DNA from: Lingula anatina
Taxonomy: Eukaryota; Animalia; Brachiopoda
Direction: 5' to 3'
DNA length: 64,000 bases
Assembly: GCA_051362555.1 (NCBI GenBank)
Contig: CM120642.1
Coordinates: 20,708,001-20,772,000, forward strand
The first letter of the stretch is position 1; every line of letters begins with the position of its first letter. This document shows positions 1 through 27,500 of this stretch, piece by piece. Position numbers and translations under genes: made by a program. Under the pieces are notes generated by a model. That model was given only the letters and a program-made list of their open reading frames with translations, was not told the origin of the DNA and did no database searches.

Positions 1-702
1 CCAGTGATGAGGAGGAAGAGGAAGAGGAGGAAGAAGAAGAAAACAATGTTGATGCTGCTGCTGATGTTGAACACACCATAGAGCAAATCAAAGGTTATTT
101 TATGTGAACATTATGAAATAGAGAAGCTGCTTCAGTTTTTTTGCCGATAGGTTTGGTTTGTGATTTTATGTGGGGAAAAAATTATACTTTTTGCCCTTAA
201 AGGCTTGAAATATGTAGGTATTTATTGAGTGCAAAAAAAAATTATCTCTGATGTGGCTGTTTACTAAGTCAAACTGTTTTTATAAAGTCATTATGCCAAA
301 GGGATAATTAAAAGGCTCATATGCCTTAAGAAAGAAATGTTATGTTGATATAAATAGGTATTTCATCTTATTCCAGGTGTCTTCAAAACACTCACCTCAG
401 ATATGTTGTTAAGATCACAGCAGCGTCTTGAAGACACACTTAAAGAACACAAACTTCATAATGTAGAACTTGAAGCAATCCGCTGCCAGTCTGCAATACC
501 AGAGTTGGCTAGCTCAAGGGCATCTAACATGTCTGATAGCAGAATTCCAAGTGCACTATCCACAGGCTCAAGGTCATCAACAGGAGTATCTGGGTCAAGG
601 TCACCATTAGCTCACCCAGTGTCACCAACTAGTCGCTCTGGATCAAGATTGGGATCACAAGGAAGCCCTCTCCCACCAATTCCAACTCAGAGCGAGAGGT
701 AG
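1..702 (+). CDS. 3' end (last two coding exons, <1-93 and 377-702) of an unidentified gene; poly-Glu tract, short helical segment, Ser/Pro/Arg-rich tail
   Basis: Frame SDEEEEEEEEEEEENNVDAAADVEHTIEQIK ends at donor AAG|GTTATT (93). Acceptor TTCCAG|GT at 377 is phase-compatible and continues VFKTLTSDMLLRSQQRLEDTLKEH...PPIPTQSER to TAG at 700-702. Family not recognised. Confidence 0.7.
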
Positions 703-2277
703 TAGACCTTACATCTATCGCGTTACCGCAGTGCACCATTTACCCAGTAAATCACATGCTCACAAACACAGCATGTCTGCAAGCAGAGGAAGGTCTACTG
801 TTTTTGCCCTGTTTAAGGCAGTAAACAAGACCACACTCCATGTCGCAGAACTTGGTTGAACAGTGTGCCAAGTATAATGCACCTGACTGTTCTCTTGTCT
901 GCGTTCTTAAGATTTTTTTCATAAGTGGAGTGCAAAAATTCAGAGGCAGCTCTCGAGAAATATTGAGTACATTTTTTGTAGTTGTTTTATGCCAGAGCTA
1001 AGATGCAGGTTTTTCATCTTAATGGAATTTTAATTTTATAAGTGTTTTTGTCTCAGTTAAAACATTATGGCAAGTATTATTTCTGTGTTTGCAAGCGAAA
1101 ATTAACATTTGACAATCGGTTAATTAATATCCAATTTGATGAAAAAAAAATAGAATGAAAAAATGTAAGAATACATGCATACTTGTAATTACCAACTGTT
1201 CTCTTTATTAACAACTGAAACACAGCACTGTAACACTGTCGAGGCTAATAACAAGTACTACAACGTTGAAATTTACAGCCATTTTTCGTTTTTGAACAGC
1301 CTTTTTAGCTTTTTTAAATAACTTGAAAACTCCCCTGAAGCAGAGTAAGCACCTGTGACCAGCTGGCCATCAGAATGTATGGCCTTGTTATGTACATGAC
1401 TGTCACAGTATATACATGGCAATATTACAGTTGATGTTTGTGTATAATTGACTTGAAACATTGACAGCACAAATGTTTCACTCAAACTAAGATTTCAGAG
1501 CAGCCGAAGTTTTCATGCTAACTTAAACAGTTATTTCCGTTTTAATGATTGTGGAAATACAACTTATTTTTACAAATAATGATGGTTGGAAAAGAAGAAA
1601 CAAACAAACTTTCTGATATACAGACTTTATGATTCTTTTGATGACATATAAAAGTTAATAAATTACACTGCTTAAGAATTATCTCTACACCAAAAGCAGT
1701 CAATTTTCACTGTTTAGACTATTATGACGGCTTTCACATTGCATTTGCAACCTGTAATTTAGAGAGAAATATACCCAGTTGTATGACAGGTATTGTTATT
1801 AAATAGAATGTTTGTACTGCACATTAAATTATTTATTGAATAGTTCGCACATGTGGGGAGAGATCAACAGAGAATGGGCCTATTTTGTTCATTTACCAGT
1901 CAATCACTGGTGATTAAATTGCTTTAATTATTTACTGAGTGGTCTAGATTGAAGCATCCAGAGTATACACATCCCTTGACTATATTTCAAGATCATTTAC
2001 AAGGAAACTGTTGCAGCTAATGACAAATCACTGAAAAGAATACTGTTGTAAGACAGCAAATCAGTGAAAAAAAAGAATTCAACTGACCAATAATCATGTC
2101 AGTCATCATGCATAAGATCTTTCAATTGGAATATTCCCTGCCAACTGGGTTCACTGTTTATGAATTTACAGCAATTTTCCATATTTATGTTCTGCAGTTT
2201 ACATTTTCCAGTCTGTCTTTAAAGAAAAATGATCCACATTCCAGTTCAGGTGATGTAATTACTAAGAGAAGTTAGTA

Positions 2278-17695
<15,418 letters not shown>

Positions 17696-17740
17696 TTAAA
17701 TTACCGGCTAAAGTGAATCTTTACACTAAAATTCTATTAA

Positions 17741-17765
17741 TGAACTTTCAGGAATTTTCTGGATT
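17741..17765. promoter_or_regulatory. Heat-shock element (HSF site) upstream of Hsp110
   Basis: tGAAc-tTTCa-gGAAt-tTTCt-gGAtt: four perfect alternating nGAAn pentamers plus one imperfect, ~125 bp upstream of the Hsp110 ATG. Confidence 0.88.
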
Positions 17766-17855
17766 ACTGACACAATTTTGTCATGCCGGCTACGTTCGGG
17801 TATTTCCGTGATCTGTTCCGGAATTATCCGAATTACGTGTTGTTATTTGATTTTT

Positions 17856-18126
17856 CATTGGTCAGAAAATTGTAATGTTCTTCAGATTAATATGACAGTT
17901 TTTTCCCTTAATATCATTCACCCGACTAGAACTTGCAAAGGCATATGGTCATGACTTTGATTCATAGTTCCAGATCACAAATAGAGGGAGAATTAGATTA
18001 TGAAAGGAACATTCGATAACACATCAAGTTGCCACACAGTGCTTTCAACCAATAAGACAGCAGCTAACAAGACACTTATACTACGCTGACTCGTTATGAA
18101 AGCGAGGCATACGTCTTGTTTTTGAA
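17856..18126. promoter_or_regulatory. Divergent CCAAT boxes and CHR-like site in the shared Hsp110/PLK4 promoter
   Basis: ATTGG at 17856-17860 (CCAAT facing Hsp110), CCAAT at 18049-18053 (facing PLK4), and TTTGAA at 18121-18126 directly before AACATGGCG. These motifs are short, so function is inferred. Confidence 0.45.
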
Positions 18127-18209
18127 CATGGCGACTAGCTGAGTTACATTTATTTATGATTACATTTGTACTGCATAAAGTTATGATTTTTATTTGATAC
18201 GTTGGAAAT

Positions 18210-21200
18210 ATGGGAGAAAGTATAGAGGTAGGTATTTTTAATCTTTAAATCTACCGAACCAAATCTGATCCTTTCAAACACGAGCGTCTTGATTGAATTT
18301 AATCAAGAACTTCAAACTTGGGAATGTTTATCAAGTGAGATTTTATCAATCCCAATATTTCCAGTTTTGAAGTCTTAGATTTCTGTTACTTAAATTAAAG
18401 TGTTTGTAAAAATGAAATATTCTTGATTCAAAAGATAAAGTGAACGAGAAAAATACTGTGTTGCAAACGCCTGCTGTTTATCGTTTATGTCATTTGCCTT
18501 CACTACTACTAGTGCTACTAGCACGAAATATGGGATGAATTATCTAAGGTTTGTGATAGGTACGATGTGCTAACACACGAAAGCAAAGGTTTTTAAGTAG
18601 GATGAAATGATGTCCAGATGGGCACCATGATGCGGGAGCACTGAATTTTTTATCAACCCCTCTACATCAACTCGCCCACTTCTTTGAAGCCAAATAGGTT
18701 CTGTATATAAAATAATTTACATTTCATCCAGGATTACCAAGTGCTCAACCTCCTGGGCAAGGGGGCTTTTGCTTGTGTGTACAGAGCTAGAGCACTCACC
18801 ACAGGACAGGAGGTGGCTATCAAAATGGTGAGCTCCATAACATTAAAAACAAATTTTGTATGATATATCATAGCTTTTGAATAGGTTTTTGAAAAGGCTT
18901 ACATTAAAAAAGGATCCTTGCTGTTTTAAACTAACTTATTTTATTAAATAAATGTGTTTTTATTCCATTTTCATGATCAAAGTTGTACAAATTTTGCCAT
19001 GTAAGACAAGGGTCACATCCAGTGACAGCACATTTGAAACTTCTATATAAATGTTTGACTTGATTCTGATCTTATATTTTTTATCCTTTTTAATTTATTT
19101 ATTTATTTATTTATTATAATTTTATTTATTTGCCAGTGCAACTTATCTCTAAAGGTTACAGTGAATTTTGAATTTCTTTTCCCAGATTGACAAGAAATTA
19201 ATGCAGGCTGCAGGGATGGTGGCACGGGTGAGGAAGGAGGTTGAGATCCACTCCAGATTAAAACACCCAGCCATCCTGGAGGTAATGACCAGTGCAGAGG
19301 TTAAATTAAGTAAAAAGGATAAGAGAACTTTACAAAAAAGATATCTAAAATTTGTGTGGATTGTTATGAAACCTGTAATTTTTATTTTACTTTCAATTGA
19401 ATGGTTATATAATAGGAAAAAGGGACAAAAGCAAATTGTCACATTAAAAATGAAACATTTTCAAATTTAAAAGTTGTTGCTTTACATGTAGGTTTGTTCA
19501 TTTGTTTATGAATGTTCAAAATAAACACCACACCAAGAAGTTAAAATGTAAAGATATGCTTATTGCTTTAAAGAATTAACTGTATTTCCAGCTGTACAAT
19601 TATTTTGAAGACAGCAACTATGTGTATCTTGTCCTGGAGATGTGTCATAATGGGGAGCTGTACAGGTACCTCAAAACTAACTGCAAGGTACTTTCTGAAC
19701 AGGAGGGTAGGTGTTCCCTTTCATCTTATTTGTTGTTCTGCAGCTTCCTACATATGTAGGATCATTTTACTTTCTAACAGCACTAAAATTATAAAGTACA
19801 ACACAAAATTTTAGGAAATGTTGATACTTGTAGACAGTGCCCCACTTGTAAAAAATACAATTGAATTGTGCATACAATAATCAGATTCTTGAGTTCAAAA
19901 ATAGTAAATTAGTTTTGGAATTTTAAAGTTACTGCCCTTTGATCAGTGTACAATTAAAATCAGAACACAAAAAATTGTTTCCTGACAAGTCAACACAGTT
20001 TCCATGTTGCAAGTTCATTGTATATCAGCTTACATTACATATGTTGATTGCAATCGTCTGTCCCATTCCAGCTCGTGTGTTCCTGCGTCAGATAGTCCAG
20101 GGTATGTTATATCTTCACTCTCATGGTATTCTCCACAGAGATCTGACCCTGGCCAACCTTCTTCTGACCAAGGATATGGACGTGGTATGTGCTGCTGTGG
20201 TCAACAATTATTAACTTATGTAGAAGTTGATGGATATAGTCATTAGATATTTACTGAACACAGTGAGAAATAAATGCACAGTGTATACATATTTATATAT
20301 TATTTTACCCTAAGTTATTGCATCAGTTCAGATATTATCTTAACCTGAGTTGTTGCATCAGTTCAAATATTATCTTAACCTTAGTTGTTGCATCAGTTCA
20401 ATTTTTTTCCTGGATGATTTAGGAAACTTGAAACTTGAAATCAGTATTGGAAATAAAGCAGGAAAGTTTATCAATTAACTGTATTCAGAATGAAGTGAAC
20501 TAATGATTGTTATTGGGCTGAAGGACTCATATACAGTAAAATAAACTATTATCATTGTTATTAAACCATATATCTTTTTCAGAAAATAGCTGACTTTGGT
20601 CTGGCTACCCAGCTGAGTGTGCCTGATGAGAAGCACTTCACTATGTGTGGAACACCGAACTATATCTCACCGTAAGGATGGCAGTGTTATTTGATATCCA
20701 GAATGATAATTACTTACCAAAATATCTATTTTAGTATAAAGTATTGTTCTTTGATGAGTCATAAAGAAATGAGAAATGATATCAGCTGATTGACTAAGGA
20801 AAATAATATACTAAACATGGCAGTTTTGATTTCTTTTATGACAATAAGTTTGTATGTTGGTTAATTTTGTGCACAGAAAAAATATTCTTTTGATTTTTTT
20901 CTTTTTTTTTTCTTTTTCACCTTTTTTCATACAAAGCACAGTCTAATAACAATGGTCATAGTTCACAGTATTCAGAAACAATTATAATATGATATATTCA
21001 GCGAGATAGCTATGCGTGGAGCCCATGGGCTGGAAGCAGATGTGTGGTCCCTGGGCTGTATGTTGTACACCTTCCTGGTGGGCAAGCCTCCTTTTGATAC
21101 CCAGGCTGTGCGCACTACACTGAACAGGGTGATATCAGCCGAGTTTGACATGCCCGACCACTTGTCATTGGAGGCGAAGGATCTTATCAAATCACTGCTG

Positions 21201-24200
21201 AAGAAAAACCCCAAGGAGAGGATTGGTCTTCATGGTGAGAGGGTATCAGCTATGCCTTTATTCAGGGCACACACTCTTCTACATGTTTTGCTTGTAAGCT
21301 CAATGCAGTTTTTAAAGTAGACTAGGTAAGTGTTTGTCTGAATTTCCAACAAAAGATAAAAGAAAAAATTAATTGCAAATTTCAGAAATTAATACTTTGA
21401 TGATTGTCTCTTCTTTCTTTTCCCCTCTGTAGATATTTTGGAGCACCCCTTTCTTACCAACACATCACTGAGGGAGTATAAATCTAGAGTGCATCATAAC
21501 ATGGTAAGAGGACTTTTATAGAGATTTTAGAAAGTACTGCTAATTTGTGAAATTACTGGAAATTTATACATTGGAAATAAGAAATGATACAAAGACACAC
21601 ACTAGCAAGTCACACTGTGTATTGATTGCTTAAATGATCAGACTTAAACATTCGAAGTTATCTTCTAGCCATTGGATAAAGCCATGCTAATGAATTAAGT
21701 AGGAAAATATTACCTATGTACCAGAAAATACACCATGATTGTGCATTAAAAGATGAACAGAGAAACTGCATGTGGTACTGCTGCAAGGGATCTAGCTGTT
21801 TACTTCTTGTCCCCATTTGGCCTCATCTTTCAGCTGACCAATGAAGCCTCAATGGACAGTGGTCACGACACAATGAACACCATGTCCACCAACACCAGTA
21901 ACACTCGCTACACCTCCGCCTCACGTCTGCGCCCCACCAGGGCCTACCCCTCCCCCAGCCTGGGCCCTCTCACCTCCACTGCTGAGGAAGAGGAGGGAGG
22001 GAGTGCCCAGGACTCGGGGTGGTCATGGAGAGGAAATAATGGGGTGACTGGGCACCACCCCACACACCCACCCTCCCCACCTGTTAGACTAAGAAGCAGG
22101 TGAGTTTGACTGCTGTCAGTGGTGATAGTTATTAGAATCGTCAGCAAGGACAAAAACAGAAGTAAAAATTTTGTAATCTGACATGAGCAACCTGACATAC
22201 AACTTGTCTGTTTTATTAATTTTGGTACGTGTACTGATTATTTCTTTTCCCTGAAATTATTTATTCTCAAATAACAATATTGGATAACTGAATATTATAC
22301 CCTGGCATAAATGCAAGTGAAGTGCATTGAACATGTAGTTTGTGTGATAAAAAAATTATTGAATCATTTCAGTCCAAATGAAAGGGTGCAGAAGATTCCA
22401 GAAAAAACCATGAGCACATCAGCAGAGACCAGGTATCCCAGCAGCTCCCACAACTCCGCCATGTTGTCCACCATCTCAAACCCCACTTTCTCCAGTCATC
22501 AAGCTGTTAATTTGAACTCAAATAAAGGCACAGATTTCCAGTCTAAACTTTCTCATTACCTCAGGGGTGCTGAAAACCAAGAACACAAATTCAGCCAGCA
22601 ACAATCTGTAAGGGGGTTTAATGATGTAGAAGATGGTCCTGGTTACCATGGTGCTAAGCTCCGTAGTTACCATGGTGATAATAACTATAATAACGACCCA
22701 TCTCAACATGGTCGTCAAGTTGACGAAAATCCACACCCTGAACTTCCAAGATTTCCTGAGAGGAAGCAGAACTTTGAGAGACCAGGCTTCATAGAAGCTG
22801 AACGCAGAGGCCACAGCTCCATGACTCAGCAGCAGTTGACAGGGAAGCCACCCACGGCAAGTCACCACTGCAACTACCACCATCATCACAGAGTAAATAG
22901 TCAGGCAGGGGAGGAAGAATTAATGGTCTTCCCATCAGAAAGGGGGAAATCTATGAACAGTGTTTGTCATATAAACAGGTTGGAATCTAAAGATGAACTT
23001 CAAGACCAGGACTTTGGGAAAGGACAGAACAGGAGTCACTTTGAAGGAACAACCACAGGAAACTGGTTGAAACAAGACAAAGATGTAGATATGAAATCAG
23101 TTAGCAGTGGTCAGCAGGCTATTGATGGAGTGGACAATGCCCAGGCCAGGGGTAAGAATGACCTGGTCACTACAGGAACAGAGGTGGTCAGTAAAGATGG
23201 CCGGAGACTGAGGGACCTGGCCTCTCCTCTGAACTCTCTCAGACTGAGACCTATCAGGCAGAAGACCAGGAATGCTGTGGTAAGCTGGCCTGGAGTTGAC
23301 GTGCTAGATAAGAATACAATATAATGATATTTATGCCATCTTGTTGTTTGTGCTGAAATAATATCATATTCATTTACAATTTAAGTGCAACTTCTGATCA
23401 GTAAAATTACATTTAACCTCCTATCCTCAAGCAAAATTAGTAAAGTATACATTTTAAATTTCATATATTTTTTAAGAAAATTGCTTTTTCATCATGTTAT
23501 TTAGCTCTTTGATCACATAATTCTTTGGTGATCTTTATAATTTTTTTTATCTGACATAAAAAAATTATTTGGATAAAGAGAAAAACTTACAAATAATATC
23601 ATATTTTGACTGTAGATGAATATTCTGGAAGATGGGGAAGTGTGTCTGGAGTTCTTCAAGAGCAAAGACAACCAAGACAGAGTTGTGGAGGTCTGTAAGA
23701 TATCTGCAGATGGGAGAAAGGTGAGCAGATAACAAAATGAACTGTTGATGAATGGTAGGATCCTTCAGGGGAGATGATGTGTTGGTGGAACTCTTTATCT
23801 ATTTCTTTCTGTCTTGGCCATGTGAAGTTGAAATGGCTCACTGACCGTTTTTACACACAATGAAAAAGATGTGATGAGTTTGTTTAACTGCTTTCACTGT
23901 AAACATATTTTTCATAGGTTGTTTTTTGTTTTTTTTTTCCTCAATATGAATCAAGTCAGTATTTAAGATAAATATTTATGTTAAGAATTAAAACGGGAAT
24001 TAAGTGGAATTATTCTCTTTGATTAAAATCAAACCTATGCATATACATATACATACTTAAGTATTTGTAAGATTGTTGTATATATTTGTTAGATCATAGT
24101 GTATCAGCCCAAGATTCCCCACCAGCCTGTCCAGGACCGTCCCCCCACTCCGCCAGGTGATACTGCCTGTGTCTACACCTACCATGACCTCCCCAGCAAA

Positions 24201-27200
24201 TATTGGAAGAAATACCAGTATGCTGCCAGGTAGGGGGAACAAAATCATGACCACTTAAACTCTTTGAATTGCTTCCTAGATGGGAATTTAGAAGTATAGA
24301 AAGTTGCAGGATTTTAAATGAAATGCTTTGAAAAGTTTGCGCACTTTTTCTTTCTAACAGGCCAAAACACTTTTACATGTACTAGAAAATTGTTGGATTT
24401 TTATCAAATTGTTTGGATACTGGTGGAATTCTAGAGTTTTATCTTTTATCAAGCCAAAGCACTTCCTTGTGTACATACACTCTTTTTGTTTGTTTTTGCT
24501 TTTGTATCAAGAGGAACAGATTAGCACTTGACACCATAAATAGCACGTGAACATGTTAACTTAATTGTCATAGTTATTAATCTTGTTTATCTCCAATTTC
24601 AGTGTTTATTTTCCTTCTGCTAGATACTATAGATATGAACTGCAGAACATTGGTTAACATATAAATTTATCATTTTTTTAGGTTTGTCAAATTGGTGCGC
24701 TCTAAAACCCCCAAGGTGACTATGTATACCACCAAAGCCAAGTGTATGCTGATGGAGAACTCCCCCAGTGCTGACTTCGAGGTGGTGTTTGCTGATGGTG
24801 AGTAGGAAGATCATATTGTATAAGAAATGTTCTAGTTTAATTATGTGAAATAAGTACAGATAAATTATAGGCAAGACATCAAAATGTTTTTCAACAATGT
24901 AAAATAGAATGTGGGAAAGTATTGAAAAAAGTTATTATGTGAGGCAAGTGTTTATTTTTAAGTTGTTCCGTCTCTGTTGCCGAGTAGCTTTTAAATTGTG
25001 AATGAAAAAGGATGAAGGATTCTTCCTTGTGGCGTCAGGTTCGCTGCAGGAGATACCGCCCTGGTGGCATAGGTGAACTAAATTTCAAAACGGTGCTGTA
25101 TTTTGTTTCCAAGGTGCCAAAGTAAACTGCAATCCCCAGGGTGCAAGGATAATTGAGCAGGATGGCACTACCATCACCCTGGGGACGGAATCTGGAGTCC
25201 ACCACCTCTCTGCTGATGCCCAGAAACTGTGGGAGAATGTTAAACAGGTAAAATGCCCAGCTGGAGAACCAGGCCCATAGCCAGGGGGGTTTGGGGGGGG
25301 GTGCGAAAGAACCCCCCTTTTTGATGGAAAAAGGTCCCCCTCTGAGTAAAATTTTATCTAGGTACATGGAAGTTTCATAGAAAAAGGTCCACTTTTTCAG
25401 AAAAAGAACCCCCTTCTCAAATTGCTGGTTATGGGCCTGAGAACGTTGTATAGTAGTGAGAATTACCACTAGCATTATAACAGTGTATGAAATGGCCGCC
25501 TGCCCGCCAGCCCGAGGCTGGTAACTTTCAGGCCGGGCGGGTAAGATTTGCAAATTACCCGCCCGACGGGCTGGCTAATTTACAGCCTATTTTCACCTTT
25601 TATTTTGTCTATGTTCACAAGCGATTTCAGCAAAATAAACTCACTGTTTTCACCCACTTTCACAGAAGCAAAGAACTAACCATAGCTTGCAATCGAACGC
25701 TCGTTTCGAAATGTAACCAACAGTCTCCCTCTCAGTGGCCTCGTTTTCGAAGTTCCGTCTGTGTGATATGAAGTTGAAAGACAATTTGAAACGAGGCACA
25801 TTGTTCTTAACCAGCTTCGGTGCACAGCAGATAACGTTACGTCATTGTTTTGTGTAGAGGAGATACCGCGAGTAGCAATTTGTAGGTTGAGAGTAATAAA
25901 AATGTGAAAGTATAAAAAGTTACGATATTGATTAAATAGACTTATAGGTACATGAAGTGCTTATAATCAACAGTAATAAAGGCAACGGAGGCAAATTAAA
26001 GGAGAATTTTACAAAACTTTGAATCCCAAAATTATGAGTGAACGTACGAGTTTACGCCGTGCGTCAGATGTAGTTCTTTTCCCACGTGCTTTCATCTCGG
26101 GCTGTCAAAAATGAAAAAAATTCTATCAAGTCCGATAGAGAAGTTCACAAAAGAAAAACAATTGAGGAAAGAAATAAAAATAACAAAGATTACGACAGAA
26201 CCAATCGAAAGAGAACAAATTGGGACCCATGGAAATTAAGGTGACTTCAATTTGCAATTAGTCGAGCGGCAACATTTTTTGTAAAACCGTAACTCGAAAG
26301 TATCACGCATTGCGACCGAGCGCAAGCATCTCGATCCAATAACTCGCCCATACTCGCCCCATGTAATATATTGTAGCCTCTATGTGATATATATATATAG
26401 CTATTCTCAATAAGCAATGCTTTCGAGATACGGGGCCCTGCAGGACTGTCTATGGGCGATTAGCGTGCAGGACCGTTCCCGACCGCTTTTTAAAGCTTAA
26501 AAGCGATATTCAAAGGGACCCTCATGCTGAATTCTTTCTTCTTTATTGTCAGCACAGAGATCGATTTATTTGACAACAATATATATATTTGGTCATACTT
26601 GTTGCTACACAGAAAAGCAAAAATTATGATCAAATGATATCATGAAATCGGAATAATAGTTATAAATGAATTATTGAAGAAGAAATGAGACAGCCTGCAA
26701 GGTGAACATAAACTGAATTGACAGGGGCGTAACCAGACCTTTAAAAATTGTACGCACAGATTTTTAAAATTCCCTGCAAAATGTAGACTAACGCAACAGA
26801 TGAAGGACAGCGTAATCACAGCATATGTACCACACATCGCAGCTTAATTTCCATTTATAATAAAATCATCATTAAGTCAGAAATATTCTCGCAATTAAAA
26901 AAGTTTCAATATTCTTATTACCCAGAACGGTATATTTATTTAAAAGGAGGCTAGCTTCGCATACGTGGAACCCCCTTCGAATAAACCTGGATCCGCCTCT
27001 GAGTTGAACTAACATACGGTTTCATTCACCTTACATGTGGATGCATGGCTCCCAAAAACAACCAATTGTACGACACGACAGAGCTCTGATACATCTAAGT
27101 TTAATTATTTGTTTGTAAAAATTGCCCATGTCACCCTGTTAGTTTGGAGGGGTAAGCTGCGTCAAGTCCGTGTCAAAACTCTTTGAAGCTTTGCAGGAAA

Positions 27201-27463
27201 AAATCTTCCTTTGTTTCTCTAGCTCCTTATTAAACCTGGTGTCCAGATTTTATCTAGTGCCCCCAGGGTTTCGGGAGCTGCTCTTTGAAAATAACACTCA
27301 GGTAGATTTTTACCTGAGATAAATATCGCCAGCGAAAGAAAGAGGCTACAGGAAAGTTGAGGGCCACTGAACCCTCCAATTAAGAGGTAAAGGAAGTTCC
27401 AGTTAGATAGGACTTGTTAAAGTTACATGTATTGTTAACCTCAGTTCAATAAAAGTATGCAAG

Positions 27464-27500
<37 letters not shown>

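Noticed and set aside
20304-20401. 34-bp repeats resembling a CRISPR array
   Set aside because: No spacers, no cas genes and a eukaryotic intron; a simple tandem repeat.
25035-25771. 172-aa (-) and 94-aa (+) ORFs
   Set aside because: They run across a PLK4 exon in antisense, a MITE and a transposon end; chance open frames.
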